Shown: piece by piece, positions 38,830 to 52,502 of the stretch
Numbering within the stretch: the stretch's first letter is position 1
How the letters are laid out: every line of letters starts with the position of its first letter
NCBI GenBank assembly: GCA_964016885.1
Contig: OZ024741.1
Location: forward strand, 27,776,001-27,840,000
Direction: 5' to 3'
Source: Eledone cirrhosa
Taxonomy: Eukaryota
Length of the DNA: 64,000 nucleotides
Notes under the pieces: model-generated
The model's input: the letters and a program-made list of their open reading frames with translations, nothing else
Databases searched by the model: none
What the model was told of the DNA's origin: nothing
Program-made: the position numbers and the translations under genes

Positions 38830-39057
38830 TTTCTACATTAAATATATATATATGTAAATGTATGTAAATGTGGTCCACACTGTAAATGTGGTTGGTGTTA
38901 GGAAGGGCATCCAGCCGTAGAAAACCTGCCAGATAGTCCTATATGAGCGAGACACAGCCACCCGACCAATCTTGCCTCAAGTGGGACAATTCCCATCTAA
39001 CCCATGCTAGCGTGGAAGATAGATGTTAAACGATGATGATGATCATCATCATATATA

Positions 39058-39441
39058 CTAGCAGATTTACCCAGCGTTGGCCGGGGTTTGAAATGCAACA
39101 AAGAATAAACAAGAAACAAACGATAATATTAGTGATTTATCTTCAAATGAATCTGTTTATATTTCTGTCAATAAAGTTGGTTATCTCTCTTGTTTATAAG
39201 GATTGTCAATAAAGTTGGTTATCTCCCTTACATCAATTTTGCTACCGATAATTTTGATATCGATTTTTTATTGCTCAACGTGTGTCGATTTGAGAAATTT
39301 TTGTGATGTGACCATCTTAGCGACCTGTGCAACGTGCACAGAAAATTTGGTCAAATTCGGTTGGTAATTGTAAAAGTTGTATCCAAAGTTGTACACAGAC
39401 ACACACACACACATCTATCTTTTATATATATAAAAGATAGA
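39058..39441 (-). mobile_element. Non-autonomous Helitron
   Basis: On the minus strand: A|TCTATCTTTTATATATATAAAA ... CCCGGCCAACGCTGGG hairpin, then CTAG|T. Confidence 0.75.
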
Positions 39442-39822
39442 TGTGTGTGTATAGGAAATCTGCCCAAATGACAACAGTGCATTCAATTACCTCTCAGTCA
39501 AAAACAAAAACATTTTTTTCATTCTCTGTTTCTTCCTAACTGTTATGCAATTATATACCTGATATCACCGGGTTCATATGTAACCTGCCCGCTGAAATGT
39601 GTATAGTGTTTGCAGTAATAAAATTTAAAGGAATACAACCTGTCCGGCATCCTGTCATTTTACCCTATAATATATATATATATATACTACAACAATACTA
39701 CAATACATATACATTATTCACTATCGACGTGCTGCCCCCATCCACTGCGCCATAATACACACAACCAATGTGTCCCCCACACATATACACAACCCCACAT
39801 TAATAACAAAAAATATACTCAC

Positions 39823-40043
39823 TGTTCTTTCTAAAGGCACACCTTGAGTTTCAGTCTTAACTTTGCTGTAAAAATTATACTGTAATGTCTCTGAGTGACT
39901 ACTGTTAGATATATTCAAAAATAAATAAATAGAATTTGGTATATTTTCAACTGAAGCTGTTGCATTAATGAGCTTGGCTTGTGGTGGAACCCGATGGGAA
40001 GATGGCCCACCAGCATAACGGATTACAGCACCGACAACCAAAC
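39823..40043 (-). CDS. NHE6/7/9-like (SLC9A6/7/9) Na+/H+ exchanger, exon 2 (numbering follows the vertebrate gene)
   Basis: TTCCAG|GT TTG GTT GTC GGT... encodes (G)LVVGAVIRYAGG...QGVPLERT, then GTGAGT donor. 221 bp, phase 1 to 0. Resembles GLLVGLVLRY of NHE6/7/9. Confidence 0.9.
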
Positions 40044-40527
40044 CTGGAAACAGAAAAAACGAAACATTTCAGAGAAATTATCTCATCAAATTATTGTCAA
40101 TCATCATCATCACCACCACTACAACCATCATCATCACCACCACTACCACCACCACCTCCATCATCACCACCATCATCATCACTATCACCACTATCATCAT
40201 CAACACCATCACTATTACCACCATCATAATTACCACCATCATCATCACTACTACTATCATAACCATCATCATTTCTTCATTATAGCAAATACACAGCATC
40301 AGTGTCACTGAGTCTTCATATCACCTCCCTCCCTACCACCACCACCATCATCATCACATATCAATTGTGCTCCATCTGGTCAGGAGGATTATAACATAGT
40401 TTGGCAACACCCAATAGTGTTCCTCTAAAATTGCCCCTCCCCCTGTTCCACCATAAACATGGAAGCTCTATGTTATAATTTCACAGGTTAAAAATAGCAA
40501 AATTCACTCAATTCACATCTTACCATC

Positions 40528-40756
40528 TTAATCCTTTAGCATTCACATTATTCTATATATACTATTATATTTTGGTAGTAAACACTTTATCTTACATCAT
40601 TATCTTGCATAATATCGAATCTATGAGATTTTGATGTTATTTATCTTGAGAACAATACCTTAACATCAGTATGAGTGGCCAGTTACAGCCGATTTGAACA
40701 GAAAGAGGTGAGACATTTCTGGCCGGATACAGCCGGTTTGAATGCTAAAGGGTTAA
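40528..40756. mobile_element. Second TTAA-flanked MITE family (relative at 3934-4150)
   Basis: TTAA-TCCTTTAGCATTCA ... TGAATGCTAAAGGG-TTAA terminal inverted repeats. Confidence 0.7.
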
Positions 40757-41876
40757 AGAAAGAAAGAACCCATTAACCCTTTTCATAACAACTTGTCCAG
40801 AATTTCTGTGAAACAAAACCATACATTATACTTAAATTTTGAGCCCTTTAAGTTGATATGAATATCATCTTAATTAAATGGTTTTAGCAAATCTCACCAA
40901 TTTCTTCATTATTGGTCATAAAAGGGTTAAATAATCTAGTTCTACGTACCCTTAAAAATATGAGATGGTCACAGTTGGAACACACCTGTGATCATAGTTT
41001 TACTCAATCAGGGATGACCTGCAGCTAAACAACAACATTGGCTCTATGTAGGAAACTACAAATATAATAGTTCCAAGTACCCCTCGTGTGTGTGTGTGTG
41101 TGTGTGTATATGGATGAAGAAGTGCCCGGAAATGCCAGTGGAAGGACAATGCAAAAGCGGTAAACTAAGAAAGACTTGGGCAGAGGTTGGGAGAGCTGAC
41201 CTCAAATTGTGGAGACTCACAGAGGAGATGACAAAGGAATGTGGCGAGTGGAGAGATGCCGTGCTGAGAAGGACCTGCCCAACCCATTCAAGCATGGAGA
41301 AACGGATGTAAAAACGATGATGATGATGATATATATATATACACACTCACATACATATAATGACAATATCAATATACAATACAACTGTAGACCGACTTTC
41401 TCATCAATAACCCCACAATGTAAAGGCAGTATAATTTCTGAAACAGAGGGAATACACAAGATACCGTTATTGGTACAGAAATTTAGACATCTTGTATAAA
41501 GAATATATAGAGCATACGATCAGAACAATGAAATATTATTTACTTTATATTAGCAATATATCAATAACAGAGAGAGAGAGAGACAGACAGGTAGACAGAC
41601 ATCATCATCATCATGTAGATAGATGAAAAACATTATCACCACATAGCAAGTTGTATTTAATGCATGCACATGCCATCACAGCATGTGAAAAGAATCTTTA
41701 TTTTAAACACCACCACAACACTACCACCAGATCTACACACACACCACCACAAGACAATACTACCACCAGATCTACACACACAACACCACAAGACAATCAC
41801 TACCCCCACACACACAACACCACAACCAACAACAACAATAAAAGCAATCAACAGAAATTTGTATTTTTCTTCTTAC

Positions 41877-42066
41877 CTATGGTTAAACAGATTATACAGC
41901 TGTGACATAGAGTATACTGGTGGAAACACCAAAATATGAACAATGAAAGTATTAAAAGGATGGCATAGATATAAGTTGCCGAAAACTTCAAATAGGCACT
42001 TTCAAATACATTGATGTTCACTAGATTAATCCAGTTGGTACTTGCAAAAATATATGACTGGTTCAT
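41877..42066 (-). CDS. Candidate alternative/divergent first coding exon of the NHE gene
   Basis: CAAAATG start, 63 codons including a hydrophobic helix (YIYAILLILSLFIFWCF...HSCIICLTI), ending G|GTAAGA in phase 1, which matches the phase-1 acceptor of exon 2. Confidence 0.4.
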
Positions 42067-43254
42067 TTTGTGTTGGGTCCAAGGAGTCTCCTGCTACATA
42101 ATAATTATTAACCCTTTTGTGATCATATTTCTCATGTAATACACTCTACTTCAATTAAATGAAGAATCTTTAGGGATTTACGAGAATTATTATTTCATTT
42201 CTAAAATAATAACTTAACATATGTTTCTTACATAAAATTATGTCGAAAGATTTTAAATTTAAATAAGAAACTTTTAAAATGGGTTGTTTTGAGTCAAAGA
42301 ACCAGAGTCGGTTTGGACTCGGTTGGTATCAAAACAGTTAACACTGGACTGGTAGAGTTGCTAGAATTTGTTAGGATGAATTTCAAAACCATTGATGTTC
42401 ATTAAATTAATCCAGTTGAATGTTGTGAAAATATATGACTTGCTTATGTTGAGTTGGTTGACTCCTGCTGGGTATTCTACATAATTTATATAGTGAACAG
42501 TTGTTAGAGCGTCAGGTAAAACATTTTTCAGTATTTATTTATGTCCTTCTATATTCTGATTTTAGATCCAGCTGGGAGCCAACTTCAAGCTCCTTAGGAG
42601 GTCGATAAAATGAAGTACAAGTCAAATACTGGGTGATCAATGCAGATGACTGTTCCCTTCCCCCAAAAATTGCTGGCTATGTGCTTATGTAAGAAACTAT
42701 TATTATTGCTCCTGGCCTTGTGCCAAAAAAGTAGAAACAATTATTATTGCTATGAGTTCAAATCCTGCCAAGGTTAGCTTTGCCTTTTATCCTTATGGGA
42801 TTGATAAAGTACCAGTAACATGCTTAGGTTGATTTAGCTGATTTTCTCCTACCCTTCAAATTGCTGGCCTTGTGCCAAATGTAGAAACAATTATTATTAT
42901 TGTTGTTATTATTATTATTGTACAGTTTAGTGGTTAGATTGTTGAGCTCGTGATTGCAAAGTTGTTGGTTTTATTCCTGGTATGGCTAGCACATTATGTT
43001 ATTCAACAAAAACACTTCTCTTCACATTGCTTTAGTCCATTTACTAAAAATGAATACCAACAGCAGCAACTAGAAGTTAACCCTGTGATGGACTGGTGTC
43101 CTGTCCAGAGTGGGTGTACTCTCAGTTGCTTAATGCCAATGAAACCAGGATAATCTCCAGCCTGATGAGCTTCTGAGCCTGGTACAAAATAACATCCACA
43201 GGTGTGTGTTTTATGTATAAATCTCTACTGCTACCTGGCTGCAAATATTTCTTG

Positions 43255-44550
43255 TACATACTACCACTACTCCCACCACCACTGCTACTGCTACTACTAC
43301 TACTACTGTTGCCACTACTACTACTACTGTTGCCACTATTACTACTGCTGTTGCTACTACTACTCCCACCACTACCACTACTTCTACATTAACTATTAGT
43401 GTTAACAATCACCACCATCAACACCACTAGTCCCACCACCACTGCTACTGCTACTATTACTGTTGCTACTACTACCACTACTCCCACCACCACTGCTACT
43501 ACTACTACTGTTACCACTACTACTACTACTACTACTGCTGCTACTACTACTCCCACCACTCCACTACTTCTACATTAACTATTAGTGTTAACAATCACCA
43601 CCATCAACACCACTACAATCACCACCACTGCTACTACTATTACTACTACTACTACTGTTACCACTACTACTACTACTACTGTTGACATTACTACTACTAC
43701 TGCTGTTGCTACTACTACTCCCGCCACTACCACTACTTCTACATTAACTATTAGTGTTAACAATCACCACCATCAACACCACTACAATCACCACCACTGC
43801 TACTACTACTACTACTACTGTTACTACTACTACTACTGTTGACATTACTACTACTACTGCTGTTGCTACTACTACTCCCACCACTACCACTACTTCTACA
43901 TTAACTATTATTGTTAACAATCACCACCATCAACACCACTACAATCACCACCACAGCCGTTGCCACCACCAACAACTACCACCTCACCACTGCCACCACC
44001 AACACAACTACCCCCTCACCACCGCCACTCACCACCAACACAACTACCCACTCACCACCACCAACAAAACTACCCCCTTACCACCGCCACCAACAAAACT
44101 ACCCCCTTACCACCGCCACCAACAAAACTACCCCCTTACCACCGCCACCAACAAAACTACCCCCTCACCACCGCCGCCACCACCAACACAACTACCCCCT
44201 CACCACCGCTACCACCACAACTACCCCCTCACCACTGCCACCACCACCAACACAACTACCCCCTCCCCCCTTACCACCACAACTACCCCCTCACCACCAA
44301 CACAACTACCCCCTTACCACCGCCACAACTACCCCCTCACTACTGCCACCTGTGAAAGGACACTAACTATATTGATCAATTAATTTAGTTATATTTAAAA
44401 ATGCCACCCGTTTCATCAATACCACTGCCACCACTACCATCCCATCATCAATACCACTACCACCACCACCCTCTCATCAATACCACTACCACCACCACCC
44501 CCTCAGCAATACCACTACCCCTCCCCCCTCATCAATACCACCACCACCCC
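43255..44550. repeat. (CTA/CCA)n-rich compound repeat with roughly 160-190-bp higher-order units
   Basis: CTTCTACATTAACTATTA(G/T)TGTTAACAATCACCACCATCAACACC recurs four times between trinucleotide runs. Confidence 0.9.
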
Positions 44551-45087
44551 AAGTCACTCAATGTTGGTAACATGCTGCTTATTGTTTTTGTTAATAAAAA
44601 GAGATGTGGGGTAGGGTTCATTGCAGTTGTAAACTAAATGGAAGAATCTAATAAAAGAAACTTCTACACTGTTGCATAACTCGCTGGAGCGGTCATCGTA
44701 CATGCACATTATATGACCATACCAACATGGTCTTCTCTCCTACACACTACAGTTTATTCCTCTTATACACGGTTTCACTCTCGACTTGTACATGCTTGGT
44801 CTTTCGCGCACATTGACATTGCACATCAACCAGAGCATGCTTGCTTCATTTCTCTCCAGCCTTCGCATATCATCCGCACTTGCTGCCCATATCTCACTAC
44901 CATGCAGCATCACACATCTCAACAGAACAAGCAGCTCCCTAAACCTCTTCCATCCTATCCTTATTCTAGATACTATGGCCTCGAAGCATCCTCTTCCCAT
45001 GCTACTGATCACCTAGGTAGCAGAAGCTATCAACCACCTTTATAGATCCTACCTGCATTTGGAAAACGTGCCTATCATTGACACGTC

Positions 45088-45149
<62 letters not shown>

Positions 45150-45419
45150 ACACCCAGTCCACACTGCAAAGTGGTTGTGTAGGTCACGACAAAAACACTC
45201 AGCCCACACTGTAAAGTGGTCGTATAGGTGTCACAACAAAAACACCCAGTACACACTATAAATGTATTTGGCATTAGGAAGGGCATCCAGTCATAGAAAC
45301 CAAGCCAAAACCAGTTCTGTATAAATAGTCACCTGATCTGGCTTGTCTCACAATAGGACAGCTCATCTAACCCATGCTAGCATGGAAAATGGATGTTAAA
45401 CAGTGATGATGATGATGTG

Positions 45420-45460
<41 letters not shown>

Positions 45461-47133
45461 CCAGCTGAACTGAAGATGAATGCAACATCTTGCATAGATT
45501 AGGGAACACTCAGTATGAATACAAATTGACACACATTCTAGACCATCTGTTGGTCAAAGTTCTCTCACAGTGTGTATATAAATATAGATATATCATCATC
45601 ATCATTATTTAATGTCTATTTTCCATGCTAGCATGGGTTAGACATATATATAGAGAGAGACTTTTTTTCTGATGTTTTTACCGACTGACCCGATTATTGA
45701 TTGTTTAATGTTAGCTGTATTAGTTTCTGTTGATGACCAGAATTAATTTGTAGTATATATCAATAATTCTGATGTCTTCATTGGATGTTATAATAGATGT
45801 TATAATAGAGCCAGTGATGAATGTTGTGAAGAGAAATGAAATGAAATGAGATGGCTGGGTCGTGTATTGAGGAAAGATGAAGTGACTGGATGACAGGAAT
45901 AGAGCCAATGATGAATGTTGTGAAGAGAAACAGAATGAGATGGCTGGGTCATGTGTTGAGGAAAAGTGAAACTGGCTGAAAGAGTGATGGAAATGAATAT
46001 GGGAAGACCAAAAAAAAACATAGCTAAAAATGATGGAGGAGGAAATGAAAGCCAGAAGGTTGGGAATGCAGACAACAGAGAAAAAATGGAGAAGCTTGTT
46101 ATGGACCCAACAAGGTTAACTCCTGCTTTAGCATGAAAATGACCTTAAAATGCTTGTAGTTAATGTTGGCTCCTCCAAGAAAGACACAATGGGTAATGAT
46201 GTTTTAATAAAGCTACATCTGTGTAAATGAGATTGCGACAATATGTATATAAATATACATATTTAAAAAATATATATAGCCATGTAAACATGCCAGAAAA
46301 TACAAATTTCCCTATAAATTGAAATATTGATAAACATCTTTAATTGATTTTTGGATCTAATTGGATCCTCATCAGATATGTATATCATCCAGTCAAACAC
46401 AAGGAAACATGTATTTAATGGGTATATATATCCATTTTCTCTTAATATACTGGAATAGTTATATTAATTTACATATCACTACTCATGATGGTAATTAATT
46501 AAGATACATATTAAGAAGTGCGTCAGCAGCCGAAGTGTGTGATAAAGTTATATCTATATAAATACAGAGTGAATAACTAAGAATGCAAAAATGTGTATAT
46601 AAATATACACATTTTTTTTTTTTAAGGTGTTTATCATTATTTCCATTTACAAGGAAATTTGTATTTTCTGAGATGTTTATGTGTATATTCATATACAAAT
46701 TGTTGCAGTCATGGTTACACACTCTGGATTTATACAGATATAACTTTATCATACACATCAGTTGATGGCGTGCTTCTTAGTATAATGATGTTTTAACCCT
46801 TTAGTTACCAACCTGGCCAAAACTGGCTCTGGTTCTATGAAATAAAACCACACATTTTAAAAGTTTCCAATTTAAATTAAAATCTTCTAACACAATTTTC
46901 TATAAGAACAGTACATTAAGTTACTATCTAATTAATTAAATAATTAATAGTTTTAGTAAATCCCTCAAAATTCTTCATTAATTAATTAAAACAGTGTATT
47001 TCATTAGAAATGCAGTCATGAAAGAGTTAAATACAACTGTGAATTTAAAAAAATCCTGGATGGTCACAGCTAGGATGTATTTGACCATGGGTGAACATTA
47101 TCATGACTGAACTGGTGTTAAACAATAACAACT

Positions 47134-47167
<34 letters not shown>

Positions 47168-47170
<3 letters not shown>

Positions 47171-47285
47171 GGTGGCACAAAGTAGCACACCAGTAAAATA
47201 ACACTTTGCCATAATATCTTCATATTTGTTATGTGAACAGATTTTTATTATGATTAGTGTGGTATATGACTTTTGTGCCACCCTG
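47168..47285. mobile_element. Tc1/mariner-type MITE
   Basis: Inverted termini CAGGGTGGCACAAA / TTTGTGCCACCCTG in a TA/TG-repeat context. Confidence 0.65.
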
Positions 47286-48299
47286 TGTGTGTATATATAT
47301 ATAGACATACACAGGCAGATTTAAAAAGAAACTATCTCCCATAATCTATCCACCTTACTAGAATAGAAAAATAAATCTGAAGCAATCAAGATAAAAAAAC
47401 AGAGACTAATGTGCGTGCATGTGTGACCTTAACAGACATTTTCTCTTTGAATATAATCCAGTCCAATAGTGCTTTAATGGAATATGCCTGAAAACATCTG
47501 GAACACACCGTTGTTGTTGTGTTTCAATGTAACATAATTGGCTTCAATAGAAGAAAAATAAGCAAAAAAAGGCATTTTTCAAGCAACTTTTGTTTGTGAG
47601 AAATTTCTGCTAACAACATGGCTGGTGTGTATCTTCAACAGCTGCAATACCATTTTTTAGTGTTCAACTCTTCAATGGTAACATTCCCTCCAATCATGGT
47701 TACTTTTCTAGTTGTTGAGATAAGTCAATGGTAAGGGAATCCTCTATATGGTCTTTTGACTTGTTAAAAATAGCAGCCAAATTGCCTTCAAAATATACTC
47801 CACTCTTTTAATACTTTTGAACCGTATTCAAGTACCTAAGGATATGACCATGGTATTTGTCATAAAGCTAACTTGGCTGAAGCCTAGGGGCCTGCCAGTT
47901 TTTGGGGTTTTTTTTTGTATGAGCTCACCATGAAAAGAATTTAAAAATTGACTATCAACACAAAATACTCAGTAAATGTCTTTTTACTGTATATTATTAA
48001 ATTTTATATTTCACAATTTATTATTTGGCAGTATCGGTTGAGGGTCGGACGCCATGCTTTCCAGCATAGTTACGTCTCTTTACGGTCTGAGTTTAAATCC
48101 TTCCGAGGTTAACTTTGCCTTTCATCCTTATGGAGTCGATAAAATAAAGTACCAGTAATGTACTGGATAATTGCTGGCCTTGTGCCAAAAGTAGAAACAA
48201 TTATATTAATGAAATATACCATTCCAGCTGTGGTGGTGTGAAAGGTAAAGTGCCAGAGGAGGCTTGAAATACCTGGAAGCCTAAGAAGTAGGTTAAGGG

Positions 48300-48475
48300 T
48301 TAAAACAGCCTATCTTTTAATGCTTGAAAGCCTAACGACCTGTCCATGAGTTAAAACAGCTCAGCTTTTAATGCCTGGAACCCTAAGGACCTGTTGTTGA
48401 GTTAAAACAGCCCAGCTTTTGATGCATGGAAGTCTAAGGACCTGGTCATGGCTTAATACGGCTCAGCTTTTAATA
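48300..48475. repeat. Degenerate 51-bp tandem repeat
   Basis: TTAAAACAGC...TTTTAATGC...GACCTG recurs at about 48300, 48351, 48402 and 48453. Confidence 0.7.
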
Positions 48476-49159
48476 CCAAACTATCTGAAACAAACTTTGG
48501 TGTCTATGAATAAAAAATGGTTGGTTTTAAAGAGTCCATGTTTAAATATAAACCTTCCATTATAATGTCATGGCTACAACTGTAGTTGAGATAAGTCAAT
48601 AGAAGGGGGAGCCCCTGTGTGGTCCACAGACTGACTAGAAATAGCAGCCTAATCACTAACGCTTGTGATACCAAACTGATTGAAACTGCCCCTGGTTCTA
48701 TGTGCGTCAATTGTTAGCTGCCGAGACACTGCATCCTTTAAGACACTCATGCTTCCCGAAATACGCCAAAACTACACCTGATGTACCCCTTCCATACACA
48801 TGCACACATGTGTGTATCATGACTCGTGCACTGTTCATTTTACTGATGTTTGTGCATTGCCCTATGTACTGTACATGCACTTTTTTGATGAGTTGTGGTG
48901 CACCTGGGCACTGTACACAATATTTCATTATTGTTATTGTTATTATATCATGACTCATACACCGTTTATTTTCCTGACATTTTTACATTATTCTATGTAC
49001 TATACATGCACCTTTGATGAGTTGTAGTGCACCTGAGCACTGTACACAATAATTTCATTATTATTATTATTATATAAAAATAGTTTGTTTTAAAGTGTTT
49101 GTATTTAAATTTAAACCTTTCATAGATGGTGTATTGCATTAATAATATAGAAAGTTTTT

Positions 49160-49690
49160 AACCATCTCGCCAACTGCAACCCTGAGCGCCTCTTTGATCT
49201 CCATATGTCTAACACACGTGGACATGCCTACAAGATAAGAAAACAGCACAGCTCCCATGACTTTCGCAGACATTTTTTCACGCTCAGAGTTGCTGAAGCA
49301 TGGAACAAACTGCCTGCGTCAATTGTTAGCTGCCGAGACACTGCATCCTTTAAGTCACTCATGCTTCCCGAAATACGCCAAAACTACACCTGATGTACCC
49401 CTTCCATACACATGCACACATGTGTGTATCATGACTCATGCACTGTTCATTTTACTGATGTTTGTGCATTGCCCTATGTACTGTACATGCACTTTTTTGA
49501 TGAGTTGTGGTGCACCTGGGCACTGTACACAATATTTCATTATTGTTATTGTTATTATATCATGACTCATACACCGTTTATTTTCCTGACATTTTTACAT
49601 TACATTATTCTATGTACTATACATGCACCTTTGATGAGTTGTAGTGCACCTGAGCACTGTACACAATAATTTCATTATTATTATTATTAT
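49160..49690 (+). mobile_element. CR1-clade LINE 3' end (other copies at 48702-49070, 54025-54400 minus, 4617-4815)
   Basis: TRGHAYKIRK...FRRHFFTLRVAEAWNKLP...FK, a typical CR1 ORF2 C-terminus, followed by a 3' UTR and (ATT)n tail. Confidence 0.85.
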
Positions 49691-50301
49691 TAAATGAAAG
49701 AGATAACTCTTGATACCAAACTGCCTGGTCCTACAACATAAAACTTTATTTTAAAGTGTTTATATTTATTTGAAAAGATTTCATCATAATTTTATGATAT
49801 AACCTTTGTTATGTTATGTTGCAAACACCAAATTAATGATGAGATAATTATTCTACTAAATATCTTAAAATTCAATTGAAGATCATAGGCAGTGTCCTTC
49901 ATTAGAAATATGGTAATGGAAGTATTAAAGAAGAACAACACATTGTATGATGTACTCAGATATACTATGCCTGAAGAAAAGATAGGATGTTCTCGGCTGG
50001 AATATGTAACCTGTTTTTCTTGAAACTTTATATTTTGTGAACAGCAGCAGCATTGACTACAGATGTCCAACAGGAAACTACACCTACAATGGTTAGAGTA
50101 TCAAGTAGCTCCATCTCCCCTACATTTACAATAGTCAGTGTACAACATTTACAAGAGTGTGGTAACATAAGCGAGAAGCAGGCTCCCAGCGTATCTGTGA
50201 GGTCATGATCTCCAACTAAATATTTATTTTGTCTGTGACGACCCGTCCAACCATTGCTAGCAGGGAAAACAGACCAACAACGAGGATGATGATGATTATT
50301 T

Positions 50302-50818
50302 ATATATATATATATATATATAAAGTTGTAATTCCTGTCTGTCTGTTTGTTCACAAACTCCTATGGTTTTGGAGATAGACCCCCCCCCCCCCCCCATAAC
50401 CATATATATTCTGAAACTACATTGCCCAGGGTACTTGGATAAGTATATTTCATTTTAATCAAAGGGTTCCCCGGGGGCACTAACCCCCGCTGAAAATTTA
50501 TGCCTTTGATTTATATGAAATGTAAGCCATAGGTAAATGACGAGATATGATGCCGATTCACAAAAGTTTTGAATTGATATTTTGAAAAAAATTATTTACA
50601 AGAAACAAAATAAGAATAAGATTTAATAATGTAATTTTGATTTGATATATCACAAAAAAATAATGTTTTCCAATTTTTCATGCATGACATTTTACTTTAC
50701 ATTGAGTAATATTGAAATGCAGAGTTTTTCAACATAAATTATATCACTGATTTAAAATCAATCATTTTCTTACAAAAGAAATGTGTGAAACGCAGCAAGG
50801 CGCGGGTAATTCGGCTAG
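50302..50818 (+). mobile_element. Non-autonomous Helitron (5' end approximate, inside a TA run)
   Basis: TATATATAAAG...TGTCTGTCTGTTTGT start. Ends with decayed hairpin CGCAGCAAGGCGCGGG, then CTAG|T. Confidence 0.65.
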
Positions 50819-51462
50819 TATATATATATATATATATAGTGGTTGTATAGGTGACACAACAAAAAGTGCCCAGCCCACACTGTAAAGTGGTGGTCTAGGT
50901 AATTCGACAAAATGCGTCCAATCCACAATGCAGCAGTCATGTAGGTGACGTGACAAAATGTGTCCAGTCCATACTGCAAAGTGGTTGTGTAGCTGACAAC
51001 AAAAAGCACCCAGCACACACTGTAAATGTGGTAGGTGTTAGGAAGGGCATCTAGCCATAGAAACAAAGCCAAAACCAGTCTTGTATGAACAAGACATGGT
51101 CATTTGACCGGGCTTATCTCACAACAGGGCAACTCATCTAACCCATGCTAGCGTGGAAAATGGACGATAAACAGTGATGATGATGATATAATATATATAT
51201 ACATATATAGGGACAGACTTGACTGTTGTCAAGGAGTTCACATAGCAACCACATAGTTTCAGGTTGTCTAAGATTACCACTTTGGACAAGTGTCTCTTAG
51301 TCTAACCTTAGGTTCAGCGATGCTTTGTCAGTGATATTTATTTAGTAGACGAAAACTGCAGAAACCTGTCATATGTTTGAGTGCACACGTACGCACACGT
51401 GTGCACATGTATGCGCGTGTGTCTGTATTTACATTTGTATCTATTTTATGGCCTGTAAATGA

Positions 51463-51807
51463 CTGTATTTCCTGGTGTCTAAGATGCTATTTTTTCCCTA
51501 AAATAAGTCTTGAAAATCTACCATGTGTCCTGGAGACCGGAGGTTGTGTTTCTCATAGGCATATCCTAACCCCAGAGGGAAATTATCTATGCTAGACAGT
51601 AATCTGAACTCCTGTATATGACCTCTCAATGAAATATATAAATTAAACTTAGTTGAAATAATGAACAAAATATCATAAAAAATTAGGTAACAAGACCTGA
51701 TGTGCCGGTACCTTATTTTTATGTTTATTATTGTTTTTCAAATTTTGGGTTGTCAAAATTGAGGTGTGTCCTTGAGAGCAAAGTATTTTTGACAACAGGA
51801 AATACAG
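51463..51807. mobile_element. pogo/Tigger-like MITE
   Basis: Inverted termini CTGTATTTCCTG / CAGGAAATACAG followed by TA. Confidence 0.55.
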
Positions 51808-52502
51808 TATGTAGCAGACTTGAAAAAGATGAAATAAGCACTAGGGTCAATATTATCGATTACATTCAGAAGGTGCTCCAGCATGGGCGCAGTCTATAGA
51901 CTAAAACATGTAAAACAGTCTTTCGTTAGAAATACAATATCAAAGGGGGTAAAAACACTTATTGCTATACATCTAATAAGAATCACCATTGCAAATTGAA
52001 CAGCAAGCCAGATGTTTGAAGTCCTTTTCAACCTACTTAAATACCACTTACAAAAACATACAATACTTCAAAAGAACATAAATATTGGTCCATCGATTTC
52101 CACAGTTGTTTGGTATTAAAATATTATTGTTTCAGTTATAGCAAAAGAAAAAAACGCCATAAAAGGCAATAAAAATATATACACACTTAAGTAATAAATA
52201 ACTTATAGAAAGTATTCATAGTAAGGTGCGACACAAACAGCAAGGGAGGGGAGAGGTTTCATAGTCAGGTGTCAGGGCGGAGGGGAGTAGTAAACAGACA
52301 CAAGAGGAGTGTTCAGTCAGGTGGGAATCTTCATAGTTGGGGGGGGGGGGGTGAAGTAGTAAACAGACACAGGAAGTAGGGGGTAGGTGAAATAGTAAAC
52401 AAACAAGAGAAAGGGGGAATATTCATAATCAGATGGAGAGGGGGAGTAAAATAATAAACAGGTAAGACAGGGGTAGGGAGTTTATTATCAGGTGCTGGGG
52501 TG

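Noticed and set aside
43141-43185. GAAAC...CTGATGAG as a permuted hammerhead
   Set aside because: The required stems and NUH site do not form; it looks like the 3' part of a SINE.
43585-44637. Mucin- or extensin-like Thr/Pro/His-rich ORFs
   Set aside because: Trinucleotide-derived low-complexity DNA open in several frames; no exon signals.
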